64,000 nucleotides of DNA from Felis catus. Its lineage: Eukaryota. Shown one piece after another: positions 33,261 to 46,576 of the stretch; within the stretch, counting starts at the first letter, position 1, and each line of letters opens with the position of its first letter. Below the pieces are notes generated by a model. It saw only the letters and a program-made list of their open reading frames with translations, searched no databases and was not told the origin of the DNA. The translations under genes and the position numbers were made by a program. Where the stretch lies: the NCBI RefSeq assembly GCF_018350175.1, contig NC_058370.1, forward strand, positions 20,336,001-20,400,000. Direction: 5' to 3'.

Positions 33261-35804
33261 AAGACAACTACGTATCCCACGCATGTCCCCAAAGGGTGGG
33301 TGAGATTTTGATAAGTTGGCCTGTGACTGGCTCGGACTCAGATGGGCAGGTAGGTAGATCAATAGATAGATAGACAGACAGACAGACAGAAAATTCTGAG
33401 GAGCAAGGGGAGGGAGAAAGAGAAAGAGAAGTATGAGAGACCCTGGGTGACGCCTTCTCTAAGGGTCTCTTTGAGACCCTAGAGCAGACATGAAGAAAGG
33501 AAACAGGCGGGTTAATTTGGCAGAGAAATCCAGCTCACCGGCTCCCTCTGCCCCTCACAGTGAGGCTGGGGTCACCACTGACTGCGTCTAGGCCTCAGTT
33601 TCAACATCTGCAAAAGGGGGATAATAGCACCTATTCCCGCATCATCCGTGGCTTGAGAGAACCCAAAGAGACAGCAGAGGGGAGAGAACTTGAAGTGGCA
33701 TAGATGGGCTGGGCGCGTCCTAAAGTGTCAGGGCCCAGGTCACCAGTATGTCTCTGAAGTCCTAATAAATCTCAGGGGAAGATAAAGGGTCAGTCGGTAA
33801 TGGAAGGCAGCTAAGTGAACGTGACCCAGCCTGTGCTCAGGGCAGGACAGATTCCCGATAAGTGGTGTTCCGAGAAGAGGTTGACCTCACTCAAAGGCAC
33901 CAGAGAAGGTGTTTCCTCAGTGCAGGGGAGGAGCTCCCATCCCGGCAAGCACTGGGGCCCAGACGGGCCAGCAGAAGTCGGTGGGTCCTCATCCACGTCC
34001 CACAGCAGCTTTGAGAAAGAAGCCTGAGGGTCTGTGCCGGGGTAGCGAGTGGCTCTCAGAAATCTTGCTTCCACTTGCAGTGAGCTGGGGTGGGCACTTT
34101 GCTTCTGCCCAAGTCACCTCCGTACTGGGGGAGCATAGCTGGGCCATACAAATATCTGGTCCTGCTGTGTAGATATGCATACATCTCAATTACCGCACTG
34201 ATTAATACACCCCACGGAATGCCTGCAATCTTCCTTCCTAATGCCTCCTGCGTGAATGGTCAGGTCAGACCCAAATAAGGAAGTGTGATTCATAACTGGT
34301 TGACTGTTCCCTGCCCCTCACCCCCACCCACACACACTGGCTTTGTTTCTGTTCTCTGAACACATTGTGATCTTTTGCACCTCAGGGCCTTTAGATTTAC
34401 CAGAATGTTCTTCCTCCATGTTTCCTCACAACTGGCTCATCCCCGCCTTTCGGGGCTCAGCTGAAGTGTCTGGCATTTGTAGGGGACGTGGGCTAAGCCG
34501 TGACATGCCTTGAACATTCTACTAAGGAGTTAGGAGGCAGTAGGGAAGATGCAACAGATTTTAGACCGCGGAGAGACTTGTTCAAAGCAGACTTCGATAA
34601 TTCGCTTTGGCCGTGTTCTGTAGGATGAACTGAACTCGAGGAGAAATCGTGAAGCCGTGGCGACAGTCGCCATAAGCAATGAAGAAGATCCAGAAAAGTG
34701 GTGGGGGAAGACATTGAAACAAGACTTATGAATCAAGAAACCAATACATGCACATAAATACACGCCTACCTTGGCATACGTGTCTCAGACACAGAACATC
34801 CTCACATCAAAGCCCAGGGAGGAAAGCTGTCCAACAAACTTGTGTGTGAACATCTCCGATGAGACCTGCACCTTGCAGTATTTGTTTGAGTTTGGGGATT
34901 TTAGGTACTCTCAGCACTGGGGGGCGGGGGCGGAGAGCAGTGCGGAAGGAAACATCGTCATTCTGTTCCTTTAATCTACACATGAAGAAGTCAGGTTTGC
35001 GTCTCAAAATCAGCTCCGTATTGATCTTCAGCTGGTTAATATTCATGAAGCTCTATCAAGAGGTAGGAGATTTTAACACGGTGGCCCCCGCGCTCCGAAT
35101 CAATTCTCATTGATTTCAATCGGCTTCTTCCACCCAAGCCTTGACGTTGCCCCTCCCGTGAAGATCTGCTCCCAAGGTCGTTGGGAGCACATGAGCGGTA
35201 TAAGCAGTCGGTGGGCCCTGTCTGCCGCTGTCTGCACTTGGGGAACACTCGGAGTGGACAGCGATGTTGTTTGGGCAGCAGCTGGTCCTCTTTGGGGCTC
35301 TGTGGGTCTGGCTGCCTCCTAAGCCCCTTCCCCCACAAAGCCACGCGCCCTTCCAGTCACAGCCACTGGGGGAGGCAAGGTGAGACCGTGTCTCTAACAA
35401 GTACGTGTCAACTTCAGGAAAACACTGATTTTTCCAGAAGCTTAGATGCTACCAGTCCTTAAAAGCCTCTGACGAGTTCAGATGACAACCCCAATACAAT
35501 TAAGTTGTGTTCAGAGCAGGATCCCACAACCAAACCCATCGCTCTGACCTCTCCTCAACTTGCTCAAAGACCGGCTTCCCCCCACCCCCTGGAAACCCAA
35601 TTCAGGTGACTTTCTTTTATTTATGTTCCGTCTCCCTCCCCCTTCTTTTTATGTATATGGTTTTGTTATTATACTTGCATTTCATTTTGTCAATGGAAGT
35701 ATTGGCCTCGTGTGTCTGAAGCATGCCCATGTGATGAGTTGTAGGGCAGCATTAACTCCTGATTAGACCCCAAGGAAGGAGAGCTATTAACCGAACTTGG
35801 TAGA

Positions 35805-35972
35805 GCTTATGGACACCAGCCACATGACAAGAAAGCGAAGGCAGCCTCTGGCCAGCAACCAGCAAGAAACCGAACTCTGCCAACAGCTACATCAAGAGAT
35901 CTTTCCCCAGGCGACTCTCAGAGGAGACCCCTGCCCCGGCCGACACCTTGACCGCAGCCTTGTAGGGGACCC
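35805..35972 (+). mobile_element. MLT1-type LTR fragment
   Basis: gccacatgacaag...gcagcctctggccagcaaccagcaagaaac...ctgccaaca...gccgacaccttgaccgcagccttgt. Confidence 0.65.
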
Positions 35973-36353
35973 AGCTCCCTTTCACGCCTTCCTTGCTCTG
36001 CATGAAGGTATAACCCGAGCCTCCCCTTTAGTCTTATTTATCCTCTTGATTTAGCAAACTTCTTTGAACTGTCCTTCCATTTGTTCATCCGACAGACGCC
36101 GAGAGGCTCCGTGCCCGAGTGTGTCGCGGGCCTTGCAAATGCAAAGGCGGGCAAGAGAACCCCTTGGCGTCATTGCCCTGTGGATGAATCTAGGAGCCAG
36201 GAGCACATCTATGTCGCTTGCTTTTATAAATCTAGCACTAAACGAAGCCTAGAACTTAGTAGAGGCTCTTTTTTTTTTTTTAATCGGTGGCTTTGCGTGT
36301 GGTTGGAGGACAGAGTCGGCTCTGCCCCCGTTTTGACAGCTGCTTCTTTGACT

Positions 36354-36367
36354 CCACAAGATGGCAC
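36354..36367 (+). promoter_or_regulatory. Candidate CTCF site
   Basis: CCACAAGATGGCAC, one deviation from CCWSYAGRKGGCRS. Confidence 0.3.
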
Positions 36368-37762
36368 CTAAACCCACCACTCAGCTTCACACCTTCACCA
36401 TTTTCCAGTGACCCCCCCTCTCCTCCCACCCTCCAAATACCCTCCATCCTCTCTCCCATTTGCAGGACTCTTACTTACCCCTCAAAGCCCTTATGCCACT
36501 ACTTTTCTGCGGCCACTCCTTCCTCTGCCAGCACAACGAATTATGCCCTGGTCCCTTTTCCCTCGGCAAGTTTACACATTTTGGTTATAGCCCTTAACGC
36601 ATTCCATCACGATGATCTACTGTTGAAGTTTTTTTTCCTCCACCAGGCCGGGAGCAACTTTGTAAATCCAGCTCCCAACTCAGCACAGAATAGCAGTTCA
36701 ACGAGTACCGAATAAATTGAATTCCGCTCATTCGTGCCACAAATGTTTACTAATCACGTCCTGCGCGCCAGGAGCCGGGTTTGGGGACTCAGCAGTGAAC
36801 AAAACAGGCAGAAAGTCTCTGCCCTCGTGGAGCTTATATTGTATCGATTCCACTTGAAATGTCTGGTTCTCTTAGATCCCGTTGGCAAGGTTTTAATCTG
36901 CTCCCTTTGTGCTTTCAATTCGATGCCAGGCTCTGGCTACGTGCCTTGGGATTTATCTTGGGAAGCCAGTGTGCGCAAACGTCTCTCCAAGCCTTGGGAA
37001 ATCCTGGAGAACTCTGTAAATCGAGGAGACCGTGTTGTTAACGGACACACCAACGCAGATCTGTCCAGATGAAGTTGTCTTCTCAGAAAGAGCTACACTC
37101 CTCAACGGGGCTGCCAATGTTTCCACTCTTTTTGGACTCATATTTTGGAGCCGTTGCGTGGAATTTATGGCCCATTTGTGAACAGACTCGATGGGGGGAA
37201 ACGTCCCTTCTCAAGGCTTCATTTGCCACTAGAAAATTCTTTGCAGTATTGCACCGACAAGGCAGGTGAACACGGAAGCAAGAAGGAAAGAATCACAAAC
37301 GTGAGCAAGAGCCTTTATTAGACGGGAACCCCATCTCTTTAACAGATGCTGCCCACACGGTGACCTGTACCTGGATGGGTAACTTCTCTTCTCTGATTAC
37401 AATTTATTTCTCCATCCCCCACTGTTGTCATTGAGGTATTGATCTGTATGGATGTATTGATAGGACACCATCGATATAGTCATTGTTACCACTGCTGTAT
37501 GCATTTCCCTTATTCACAAGCAGCCCATCGAGGAGCGTTGGTTCCCGTGCATGGAAGATTATTGAGGGTAAATACCTAGCAATCGAAGTGCTAGGTCATG
37601 ATGCGTGCACATCCTCAATTTTATTTGTGGTTGCTAAATTGGTCTCCAAATGAGTCCCACCATTTACATTCACTCTGGCAGCATGCGGGAGCGTCTTTCT
37701 CCACGTACTCAGCAAAAACCGGCATCATATCGTGGGCGGGGGGCGGGGGGAGGTGCCCCATT

Positions 37763-37972
37763 AAAAAACTTTTTTTAACGCTTATTTTTGAGAGACAGAG
37801 AGACAGAGCACCAGTGGGGGAGGAGGAGAGAGAGGAGACACAGAACCCGAAGCAGGCTTCAGGCTCCGAGCTGTCAGCACAGAGCCCGATGCGGGGCTCG
37901 AACCCCCAAACCATGAGATCGTGACCTGAGCCGAAGTCCGACACTTAACTCAGTGAGCCACTCAGGTGCCCC
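37763..37972 (-). mobile_element. Can-SINE
   Basis: TSD aggtgccccatt at 37751-37762 and 37976-37987. Confidence 0.95.
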
Positions 37973-38290
37973 CAAAGGTGCCCCATTTTAACTTGCGTAC
38001 CTGTGACTTGTTAATGTGGTTGAGCATATAAGTATTGGCTGCTTGATTTTCATATTCTGTGCTTCCTCTGTTTCCGTCCTTTGTCCGTTTCTTTTTTCCA
38101 GCAGACGATTTGTCTCTATATTATTGATTTATAGGAGTGTGTCATCTATTCCAGATAGTAACCTTCTGTCAGTTGTTTATACAAATGTCTGTTGTCATAA
38201 GAAAGACTTTATTTCATGTAGTCAAACGTATCAGTCTATTCTCTCTCTTCTGCGTCCTTTGTGCGCTGTTTTTAAAAACAACAATTTCTC

Positions 38291-38524
38291 GGGGCGCCTG
38301 GGTGGCGCAGTCGGTTAAGCGTCCGACTTCAGCCAGGTCACGATCTCGCGGTCCGTGAGTTTGAGCCCCGCGTCGGGCTCTGGGCTGATGGCTCGGAGCC
38401 TGGAGCCTGCTTCCAATTCTGTGTCTCCCTCTCTCTCTGCCCCTCGCCCGTTCATGCTCTGTCTCTCTCTGTCCCAAAAATAAATTAAAAAAAAAAAAAA
38501 AGTTGAAAAAAAAAATTTAAAAAA
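38291..38524 (+). mobile_element. Young Can-SINE (SINEC_Fc)
   Basis: Exact 17-bp TSD aaaaacaacaatttctc at 38274-38290 and 38525-38541. Confidence 0.97.
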
Positions 38525-38932
38525 AAAAACAACAATTTCTCTACCCCAAGATCAATAGAAGAATAGAACTTTGAAAAGTTCTATTATTTTGGTATTTACT
38601 CCTTTCAGATGTGATGTTTGTATATAGTCTAAACTAGGGGTGAAATATTCTCTTTTTTTCCCTATAAAGGTAGCCATTCCCCCCACAACACTGACATGGA
38701 ATAAAACATTCCTTCTCACCACCACTGTCTCTTACTAGTTTCTCTGTGTGTTTCAGGGCCTCTTCCAGCCCTTTCTATGCTGTTCCTTGGATGCCCTTCT
38801 CTTTCTCTGCAGCACATTTACACTGCTCCAATTACCACGCCTTTAAAATAAATTGCAAGACTTCTTCTTCTTCATGAGTAACTTTGCTAGCTCTGGCCCT
38901 TTGTTTTTTTTTCATAAATATCTTAGGATTAT

Positions 38933-39148
38933 GGGGCACCTGAGTGGCTCCATTGGTTAAGCGTCCGACTTCGGCTCAGGTCATGATCTCACAGTTCGTG
39001 GGTTCGAACCCCGCATCGGGCTCTGTGCGGACGGCTCGGAGCCTGGAACCTGCTTCCGGTTCTGTGTCTCCCTCTCTCTCTGCCCCTCCCCTGCTCACGC
39101 TCTGTCTCTGTCTCAAAAATAAATAAACATTAAAAAAAATTTTTTTAA
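38933..39148 (+). mobile_element. Can-SINE
   Basis: Canonical; decayed TSD tcttaggatta/tcttagcatta. Confidence 0.95.
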
Positions 39149-39814
39149 CTGTCTTAGCATTACGTTCCGTCAAGTTCCGCAGAACAAAACAAACAAAAAC
39201 CTGTTCGGAGTTGATTAAATTTTCTTTGCTTTAAATGGAGTCCGGTGCAACACGGGATAAAATGCGCCTTAAGGAAAAAGAGCAGGGGAGGCCCCGCAGC
39301 ACCTTTGAGAGTGAAGACGTCGCAGGCGACTTTTCCTTTCGCTTCCTCCACTTCCTCTGCAGGGAGTCCCTTCTGAGAGACCTGAAGGGAGGGAGCTGCT
39401 TGTCACAGGCCAGATTCAGATACTCCTAGACTCACAGCCAAGTTGCCGTCAGATCTTCTCTGTCTCGCTGTCACAGCCCCACCGAGACCCCCGGGCTGAT
39501 GTGGTTACCCCCAGGCATGGGGACAGGCTGCAACTGACCTCTGTCTCCGGCTACAGTGCCCTGACCTCCCAGATCGCCAGCCCCAGACTGGCCCCTCAGT
39601 GCTCCATTCTCCCAACCCCCCAAGGTGCTGACTCCTGTGGAGTGTCCCCACTCCCCACCCCCGCTTCCCCCTACACTGTCACATCTGGGCCCTTCTTTTT
39701 CATCCCAGAGTAGCCCGCCTTCCAATTAGTTGCCTTATCACACTGTTGCCAGACTCGTCCTCCAAAAACCTGGTCCTGGCCTCTCGCAAGAGATGGTGGC
39801 CGTGACTTCTCGGC

Positions 39815-40247
39815 TGTGCTGCTCCAGTGGCCACTGGCCATAAGCACCTTTTAAAGGTAGACGCTAATGGGGCGCCTGGGTGGCGCAGTTGGTTAAGCGT
39901 CCGACTTCGGCCAGGTCACGATCTCGCGGTCCGTGAGTTCGAGCCCCGCGTCGGGCTCTGGGCTGATGGCTCAGAGCCTGGAGCCTGTTTCCGATTCTGT
40001 GTCTCCCTCTCTCTCTGCCCCTCCCCCGTTCATGCTCTGTCTCTCTCTGTCCCAAAAATAAATAAACGTTGAAAAAAAAATTAAAAAAAAAAAAAGGTAG
40101 AGGCTAATGAATTCAAATTCAAAACAAAAGAGAAGCCCAGCTCCTGCGTCACATTGGCCACATTTCAAGAGCCCCGTTGCCTGAGAGCCACACACGGCTG
40201 CCGTGTCACATACAGCCCTGCCGTCACGGAGGGGTCTGTCAGTGCTG
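39815..40247. mobile_element. MER3-type hAT element, interrupted by a SINE
   Basis: gtggccactggccat...agctcctgcgtcacattggccacatttcaag...gccgtcacggagggg tctgtcagtgctg. Confidence 0.6.
39869..40092 (+). mobile_element. Young Can-SINE (SINEC_Fc)
   Basis: TSD aaaggtagacgctaat (39853-39868) / aaaggtagaggctaat (40093-40108). Confidence 0.97.
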
Positions 40248-41887
40248 TCACAGAGACTCACAGCATCTTCTGTCCCCCAGGGACTGAGAGCCAAACGCTC
40301 TGCGGGACACCCAGGACCCCCCCCCCCAAACGCCTGCCCAGATAGGTTACAATCAGGGCAATCCCTCAGCCTGCTTTGAGCATCTGTGACTTTCCTGACT
40401 CGGCTTTGGCTCAGTCCGTTGCTGTTTCTCCAGCTTTTCTTCCTACCGAACGGGTTTCTTCCTTCCCGGCTCCTCTCCCACAGCGCTTCGCCTTTAACAT
40501 CTCCTTCTCCTCGAGTCTCCGGCTTGCATCGCCCGCCACCCACCGCCTGCCCTTCTCCTGCACTTGGGCGCAAGGTCGTGAGACTCCATTCTCGCGGGGC
40601 AGGGGCCCGGGTCACAGACAGTTGTCTCCAGAGGCCTCGCTCAGGGTCCAGCACCCAAAAATGGTCAGTGCGTGATTACGGAGCCTGGGGAAGCACAAAG
40701 TCTCCCCCCCCCCACCCCACCACCATGTGAATCTGGAGCCTTCCAACACCACCGTGCCCTATCGCTCGCCCCCTTCTGCCCCCTCTTCTCTACTCACGCC
40801 CCCACGTTTAATTACATACTCATCAGACGTGCGGAATGGTCTGTTGGCTCCCCGTGTCGTTGAAAGTGTTTGTGTAAACAGCAGCGAGATCCTGTTCATT
40901 ATAAAGACTTCCTCGCATTCATCGCAGCCAGTTCCGGTCTCCCCTGATTGTGGAGGAGATAGGACCAGCCACTTGGAGACAGGAAGGAGTTTATTGAAAG
41001 GGAAAACAGCGGCCCCCGAGGAGGCAGAGCAATATCCATACATGGGAGCGCACTGCTCCCTGCCCCGGGAGAGACACGGAAGGACAGGGAGAGGCAGAGA
41101 GAGAGAGAGAACAGGACGAGGGGCAGAGACACAGAGCAGAGCAAAGTAGAAAGAGAGCGCAGAGGTAGAGCAAGGTCAGGGTTGAGAGAGGGAAGCTCTC
41201 AGTGAGAGACGCACACTCATAGATGGGAGGGAAACGGACGGAGCGGACAGAGCAGCACAGCATCAGAGACGAGGAGGAAAGGGAGGAAGAGTTCAAGTGC
41301 CGCGTCCCCCGGCCCCGCACAGCCCGCTGGCTCTCGGGGACTCTACAAACAGGACAGGCGTGACGAATCGAGAGTGTGGGCTCACGGGAGCTTGGGAAAG
41401 CCATCAAAAGAACAAATGGAGACCACACTCAACTTCGGCCACCAGAATCTTAACAGGCCTCGTCGACCCTGAATGTCATTCGCATTTATCTGGTCCTGCC
41501 TCTGGACAAAGAGCCAGAGGGAAAAGTTGGGAAGTGGAGAATTGCTCTGCTCTACCCGGCTGAGGCTCCCTTAGAGTCCCCCATCCAGAAATCTCAGCGA
41601 GACTGTGTGTCTTTGCCCCGGGGCAGCACCCAGTTGAGGAATCGGCAAAGTGTCTCCAAAACTTTCTTTCCCTAAACTTGGGACATCTGGGCTTTTCAGA
41701 GCTTGGAATGTGCCAGATATAATTATGCCTGGTCAGTGAAGAGGGCTGGCTTTTTAATGATAGTGAGAGGCTGTTTCTGAGCCACAGGGAGGAAAAAAAA
41801 AAATCTTGCCTTGTCTCCTTCCAGAGGCCTCCAAAGTTTACTCTCGAGTTCTGGGGACTTGGGCACCATTCTGGGCCATCTGCTTCC

Positions 41888-42030
41888 TCATTCACTCATT
41901 CATTCATTCACTCGCTCATTCATTCATTTACCGAGTACCTGTTATGGTTGAGCGTCATGCCGGTGGGTATAGCAGTGAATAAAACAAATGTCCCTTGCAT
42001 CTAGCGAGCTCCGGGCATAGTACGGACAGG
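41888..42030 (-). mobile_element. L2 3' end with (TCAT)n tail
   Basis: cattcattcattca...tttaccgagtacct...ggtatagcagtgaataaaaca...gtccct. Confidence 0.7.
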
Positions 42031-42138
42031 CAGGCACTAAGCAAGAAATCCTCCAAGCAAGCGTCAGACTAGAAACAGAGCTGTGTGCAACAAACTGGAA
42101 GAGCAAGGAGGCCCCCAAAGAGTTGAAAGCAGAAGATC

Positions 42139-42511
42139 TGTCTTAGCTGCTGTGGCTACCGTAACAAAATCCCGTCGACGGGGCGGCGTCACCGCCAGAC
42201 ATGTATTTCTCACGGTTCTGGAAGCTGGAATTCTGAGATCGCAATGCCCGTGTGGTCCAGGTGAGGTCTCTCCTCCTGGCCTCCAGATGGATGCCTTCTC
42301 TCTCTGTCCTCCCCCAGCAGAGAGAAGAAGTCCTGCTCTCTCTTCCTTCTTTCTAAGGGCACTAATCCCATCACGGGAACCCCACCCACCCTCATGACCT
42401 TGTCTAAACCTAATGCCCTCCCAAAGGCCCCATGTCCTAATATCATCACACTGGGGAGTAGGGCTTCAACATATGAATTTTGGATGGGACACCAACATCT
42501 TCGCGCTAACA
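42139..42511 (-). mobile_element. MLT1A-type MaLR solo LTR
   Basis: tgtcttag...tatttctcacggttctggaagctgg...gggcactaatcccatc...ccctcatgacc...gggcttcaacatatgaatttt...taaca. Confidence 0.9.
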
Positions 42512-42519
42512 GACTCAGA

Positions 42520-42775
42520 AGGGTACCCATACGGGAATGTTCATAGTACCACTAGGTATCAGAGCCAAAAGGTGGGAAAAGACCCAGATGTCCATCAATG
42601 GGTGAATGACAAATTATGGCATACGTACACAGTGAAATATTATTGGGCCTTAAAAAGGAATTAAGCCCTGGTACCTGCTACAACAAGAATGAACCAGGAA
42701 AGGTCACGCCAAGTGAAAGAAGCCAGTCACAGAAGGCCACGCATTATACGATCCCATTGACATGAAATATTTCCT
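42520..42775 (+). mobile_element. LINE-1 (L1MB-type) fragment
   Basis: gatgtccatcaatgggtgaatg...aagtgaaagaagccagtcacagaaggccac. Confidence 0.8.
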
Positions 42776-42924
42776 TTGGGGGGTGGCACACGTGGGAATG
42801 AGGAGGGAGGCGGGGCGGCCAGAGGGCGAGGGGGACTGTGGCTTGGGGCGAGCCTGGATAGGTAGTCAGTGTGGCGGGTCTTTATAGGCCTTCTGATGCT
42901 TTTGGGGGGTTCAGCTCTTATTTC

Positions 42925-44100
42925 TTAGCATCGAGGGGCGCGGAGAAGAGAAACGACAGAACCTGATAGACATTTTAACATCAGTCTGGCCGCTTTGAGA
43001 AGACTGGGTTGACGACACACAGAAATGGTACCAGGATATGGGTGGGAATCTCCTTCTCCCCTTCCCTCTCCCTTCCTGCCCCCCTCTTTTTTTTTTCTTT
43101 TCTTGTTTTCATATATGAACAGAATCCGGACTGCATTTTGAATGCTTCCATCAGCGATTTTAGCCGTCAAAGCCGTCAAATATGGCTCCGTGTCTTTGTG
43201 AACATTTCTGGAGCTAGATGCCTTCCTTTCCTTCTGTTTCGCAGCCCCCTCCCCTTTCGATGTTTGCCACATGCTTTCTTTCTGTTGCCTTAAGATTCAA
43301 ACAGTGTCATGAAGCTCTACTGCAGGTCAAGCTCTACAACACACTGCAGCCCTCCCAAGGAATCGAACGATGTTTCGGTTCCAGAACGTGTCTTCCATTA
43401 TATCTCCGATCGCTCGTCCTTCTTTGTCCCCGGGATCTTTCTCAGAAACGACCTGGACCTGCTCTGTCGCCACTGCTGTCCCCTATTTCCCATCAGAATC
43501 TTGGATCTGACCCCTCCTTCTCTGCCCCAGGCACTCTGGATGATTTGTTCTCAGTTGACCCCTGCAGCCGTGCCTCTTGATCTTAGAGCTGAATTCTGTC
43601 CTCACATCCCACTCTCTCACACACCTCCGTTTCCTGCTTTAAAACTGCTTTTCATTTAAATCTGATGCTTCTCACCTCTGGTTTCACAGAGCCCCTGATT
43701 TCTCTCACGGAATCGAAGGCACAAGACGACGTTCTTGACAACGTCTTTGTTTCTTGCGTCCTTGGCCCATTGCACGCATTTCCTCCATGTTTCACAAGCT
43801 GAAATCTGTCCTAGAGCCGATGCTGCTGCTGCTGGGGTGATTCGTCTTTAAGTGATGTGATGTGTAAGCGGGGCTGGTGGTTTTCCATAAACATTTTGAG
43901 TAAATTGTCTTCGCTTCCCCTTCTGGGTCCCTTTGGTTGTTCTTGGCTTCTCAGATCTCCAACTGGAGGGCTTCTTCGGTGTAAATTTATAACACCCTCA
44001 TTGTTATCGGGCAGCCGGAGGGGAGTTGAGAGGAAGCCTGAGCTATGAGTAGTGTTCACAGGAATAGTTATCTCCGTGGCAATTCTTTCCATGCACGGTG
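42925..44100 (-). mobile_element. Highly decayed L1 ORF1 / HAL1-like relic
   Basis: Reverse strand ...LLKAAR... then atcagg...ttctcc...ctcgatgctaagaaataagagc, resembling the ORF1 ILKAAR..IRL..DFS..TL.ARRQW segment; purine-rich on the minus strand. Confidence 0.4.
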
Positions 44101-46420
44101 AAGCTGTTGTTCCCGGCGCAGGGGCTCGTGTTCGCTTTTAATTTGGCACAGCCTCTACTCCAGTATAAACTTTGGCTATGCCCGGGCTCCTTCCTGCTGC
44201 TGTTGCTTGACACTTGGAGGAAGTGCCTCTATAACCCCGATCGGCTTTTCTTTGATGTGGCAGCTACATGAATCCTAAGGTCTTCTCGGGGCCCTGCTTT
44301 CAGAAGCTCCCTGTCTTTGTCACGGGGGCCACAGAGCCCACGCGTCAACCGTGGGAGCCTCCCTCACCTTCAACACGTCCTCCACCTAATTAGGAAAACT
44401 TAACGACCCCCCCCCCTCCCAGGGTATCCTCCATATTCTCTCCCTAATGTACATATCCTCACTGTTTTCACCCCTTTCTTCTCCACGCGGCCACCACGCC
44501 AATCCCGGACTCCCAGGGTGCTGCTGTCACAAAGGATGCTGATCCTTGGAAGCTCAGATTATGACATCGCTATCTGCCACGTGGCCTAGCCACGCACCTG
44601 GGTCTTCCTTCCCGCCAACCCAGAGAAGTGTGTGAGGTTCCACGCATTAGTCCTGATGCTAATGCTCGTGCTTAGGAAAGAGTTGGTAAGTTGTACCCTT
44701 GGTGCCTCCCTCACGTCCACCAAAACCTTCTGTCGCCATCATATTATTAGCTCCTTCCCCAAGTTTTAGTTCTGCCCTGTCCATTCTTCCTCTTTGTCAT
44801 CTTTCCAATGGGGATGCAGCTAAGGGTGTCATGGAGAAGTTTTTTAAAAGTCTAAGAGGAGAGAGGTGCCTGTGATGTCTGACCCAAACACCTGGCACTT
44901 GGATTTCCTGACCACATCTTGCCGCCCTGTGCCTGCACCGTATTTGTCTTAAGGTAACAGTATTTGCATCCCAGTCAATGCTATTCAGATGGACATATTT
45001 AAGATTATTCCCCAAAACGCGGATGTATTGGCCCAATACAAGAGTCACCACACTTGGGAGGGAAAAAAATCCCACTTGGACCCTATTGCGGTAATCAAAT
45101 TTCCTTCTTTTCCTGAAGCTGAGATGGTATATGAATCAAGTATTTGAGGGTTTTGAAGCACACAGAGAAAGCAAGGATGCTTTGAAAAGGGTTAAAGGCT
45201 ATTAAAAGACTACATAAAAAAATGTTAGAATGGACACCAGAGTGAAAACTAAGGTGATCCATTATTGGAGATCTTTGTTCTCCCGCTGAGCTGGATGTGT
45301 CCTTCGTGGTTGTTGTTTGCTTGTTTGTTTTTGTTTGTTTTGTGTATGCGTGTGGTCTTTTGTTTGTGTGTTTTTTTAGGGATGGATAAAGAATGTCGGA
45401 GGCGGAGCGTTAGTTAAACTAATCTTCATTGTTTTGGAAATTGAAGTTTTTTCTCCAGTAAGCAAGCATATATAACTTTAATAACCATAAAACCGGGGTG
45501 GGGGGGGGAAGGGTAGGAATTAGAATAAAGGACCCTATTGCTCACCTAACAGGATTACCATTTTGCTGAACAAATAAAAAGGAGACATATTTTCATCCAT
45601 TTCAAGGCTAAATTCCCAGCCTGATGTTATCCCACCCTCTTCTGGTTGTGTTCTGGGAACAGAGAATGAGAAATTTGGGACCCAGTTGGAACAGCCCACT
45701 ACGAATCTTCGGTCAGTGTGACCAGGAACCTGAATAAATGGCCAATCTCACCTAATGATGGAGAAGTAATCGATTAATGTATGAAATTGTTCAAAGAACT
45801 GCAGTGATTTCCACAAGTGACGGAGCCATCCTGGCCCCTCCCATGTGTTAATTACCAAGGGGCCAAGGGACATTCTGTTTGCGGTCAGAATTGCTTTCCA
45901 TCTTTCTTTTGGGTCTCACCCACCTCCTGTAAGATAGTGAAAATAGAGGGGCAGGTGCATAGTCTAAGAAAGAGAAGTACACTGGGGAATGAAGACAGTG
46001 AGAAATGTCTAACGGATTTGCCTCTTGTGATTGATAAAATATAACTTTTTGTGCATATACAAGGATTAGGACTGGGGCAGAAGTCTTGCACTTATATTTT
46101 CTCTTACGTTAGGGTACATCCAAGAAGCATGTTCTGACAGTCTTTCCTGACGTTTTGGTTTTAAAGACAGACAAGCAAACAAAGTCAATTCCACCGTCTC
46201 TTAGACCAAAGCGGGTGATTTGTCAGATGGTGGTATAATTTTAGGGGAAACGTGTCAGTTCTTCCTTGTTGCCGTGTTTAAAGCTCTCTTTCCTGGAGCA
46301 AGTGGCCGCGACTCTGCCGTGTGGAGAATTGTGAGTGTCCCTTTTCATCCTTCGTGCGCTGGGCCGTGGAAAGTCAGTAGTCGGAGGTGGGGTCCTGTCC
46401 GCCTCCTGTCAGGCAAACCG

Positions 46421-46576
46421 NNNNNNNNNNNNNNNNNNNNNNNNNNNNNNNNNNNNNNNNNNNNNNNNNNNNNNNNNNNNNNNNNNNNNNNNNNNNNNNN
46501 NNNNNNNNNNNNNNNNNNNNNNNNNNNNNNNNNNNNNNNNNNNNNNNNNNNNNNNNNNNNNNNNNNNNNNNNNNNN
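46421..46576. other. Assembly gap (156 N)
   Basis: N run. Confidence 1.

Larger units (their letters stand above)
37480..39200 (-). mobile_element. Ancient LINE-1 ORF2 relic (antisense) hosting three SINEs
   Basis: gggtaaatacctagcaatcgaagtgctaggtcat...catttacattcactctggca...ggttgagcat...ctttgtccgtttct. Confidence 0.65.

Noticed and set aside
36640-36845. Tail-to-tail L2 ends as a miR-28-family-like hairpin source
   Set aside because: The two arms are too diverged to show a continuous stem
39971-40654. 227-aa minus ORF
   Set aside because: Runs through GC-rich DNA, MER3 and a SINE; its C-terminus is a standard SINE translation
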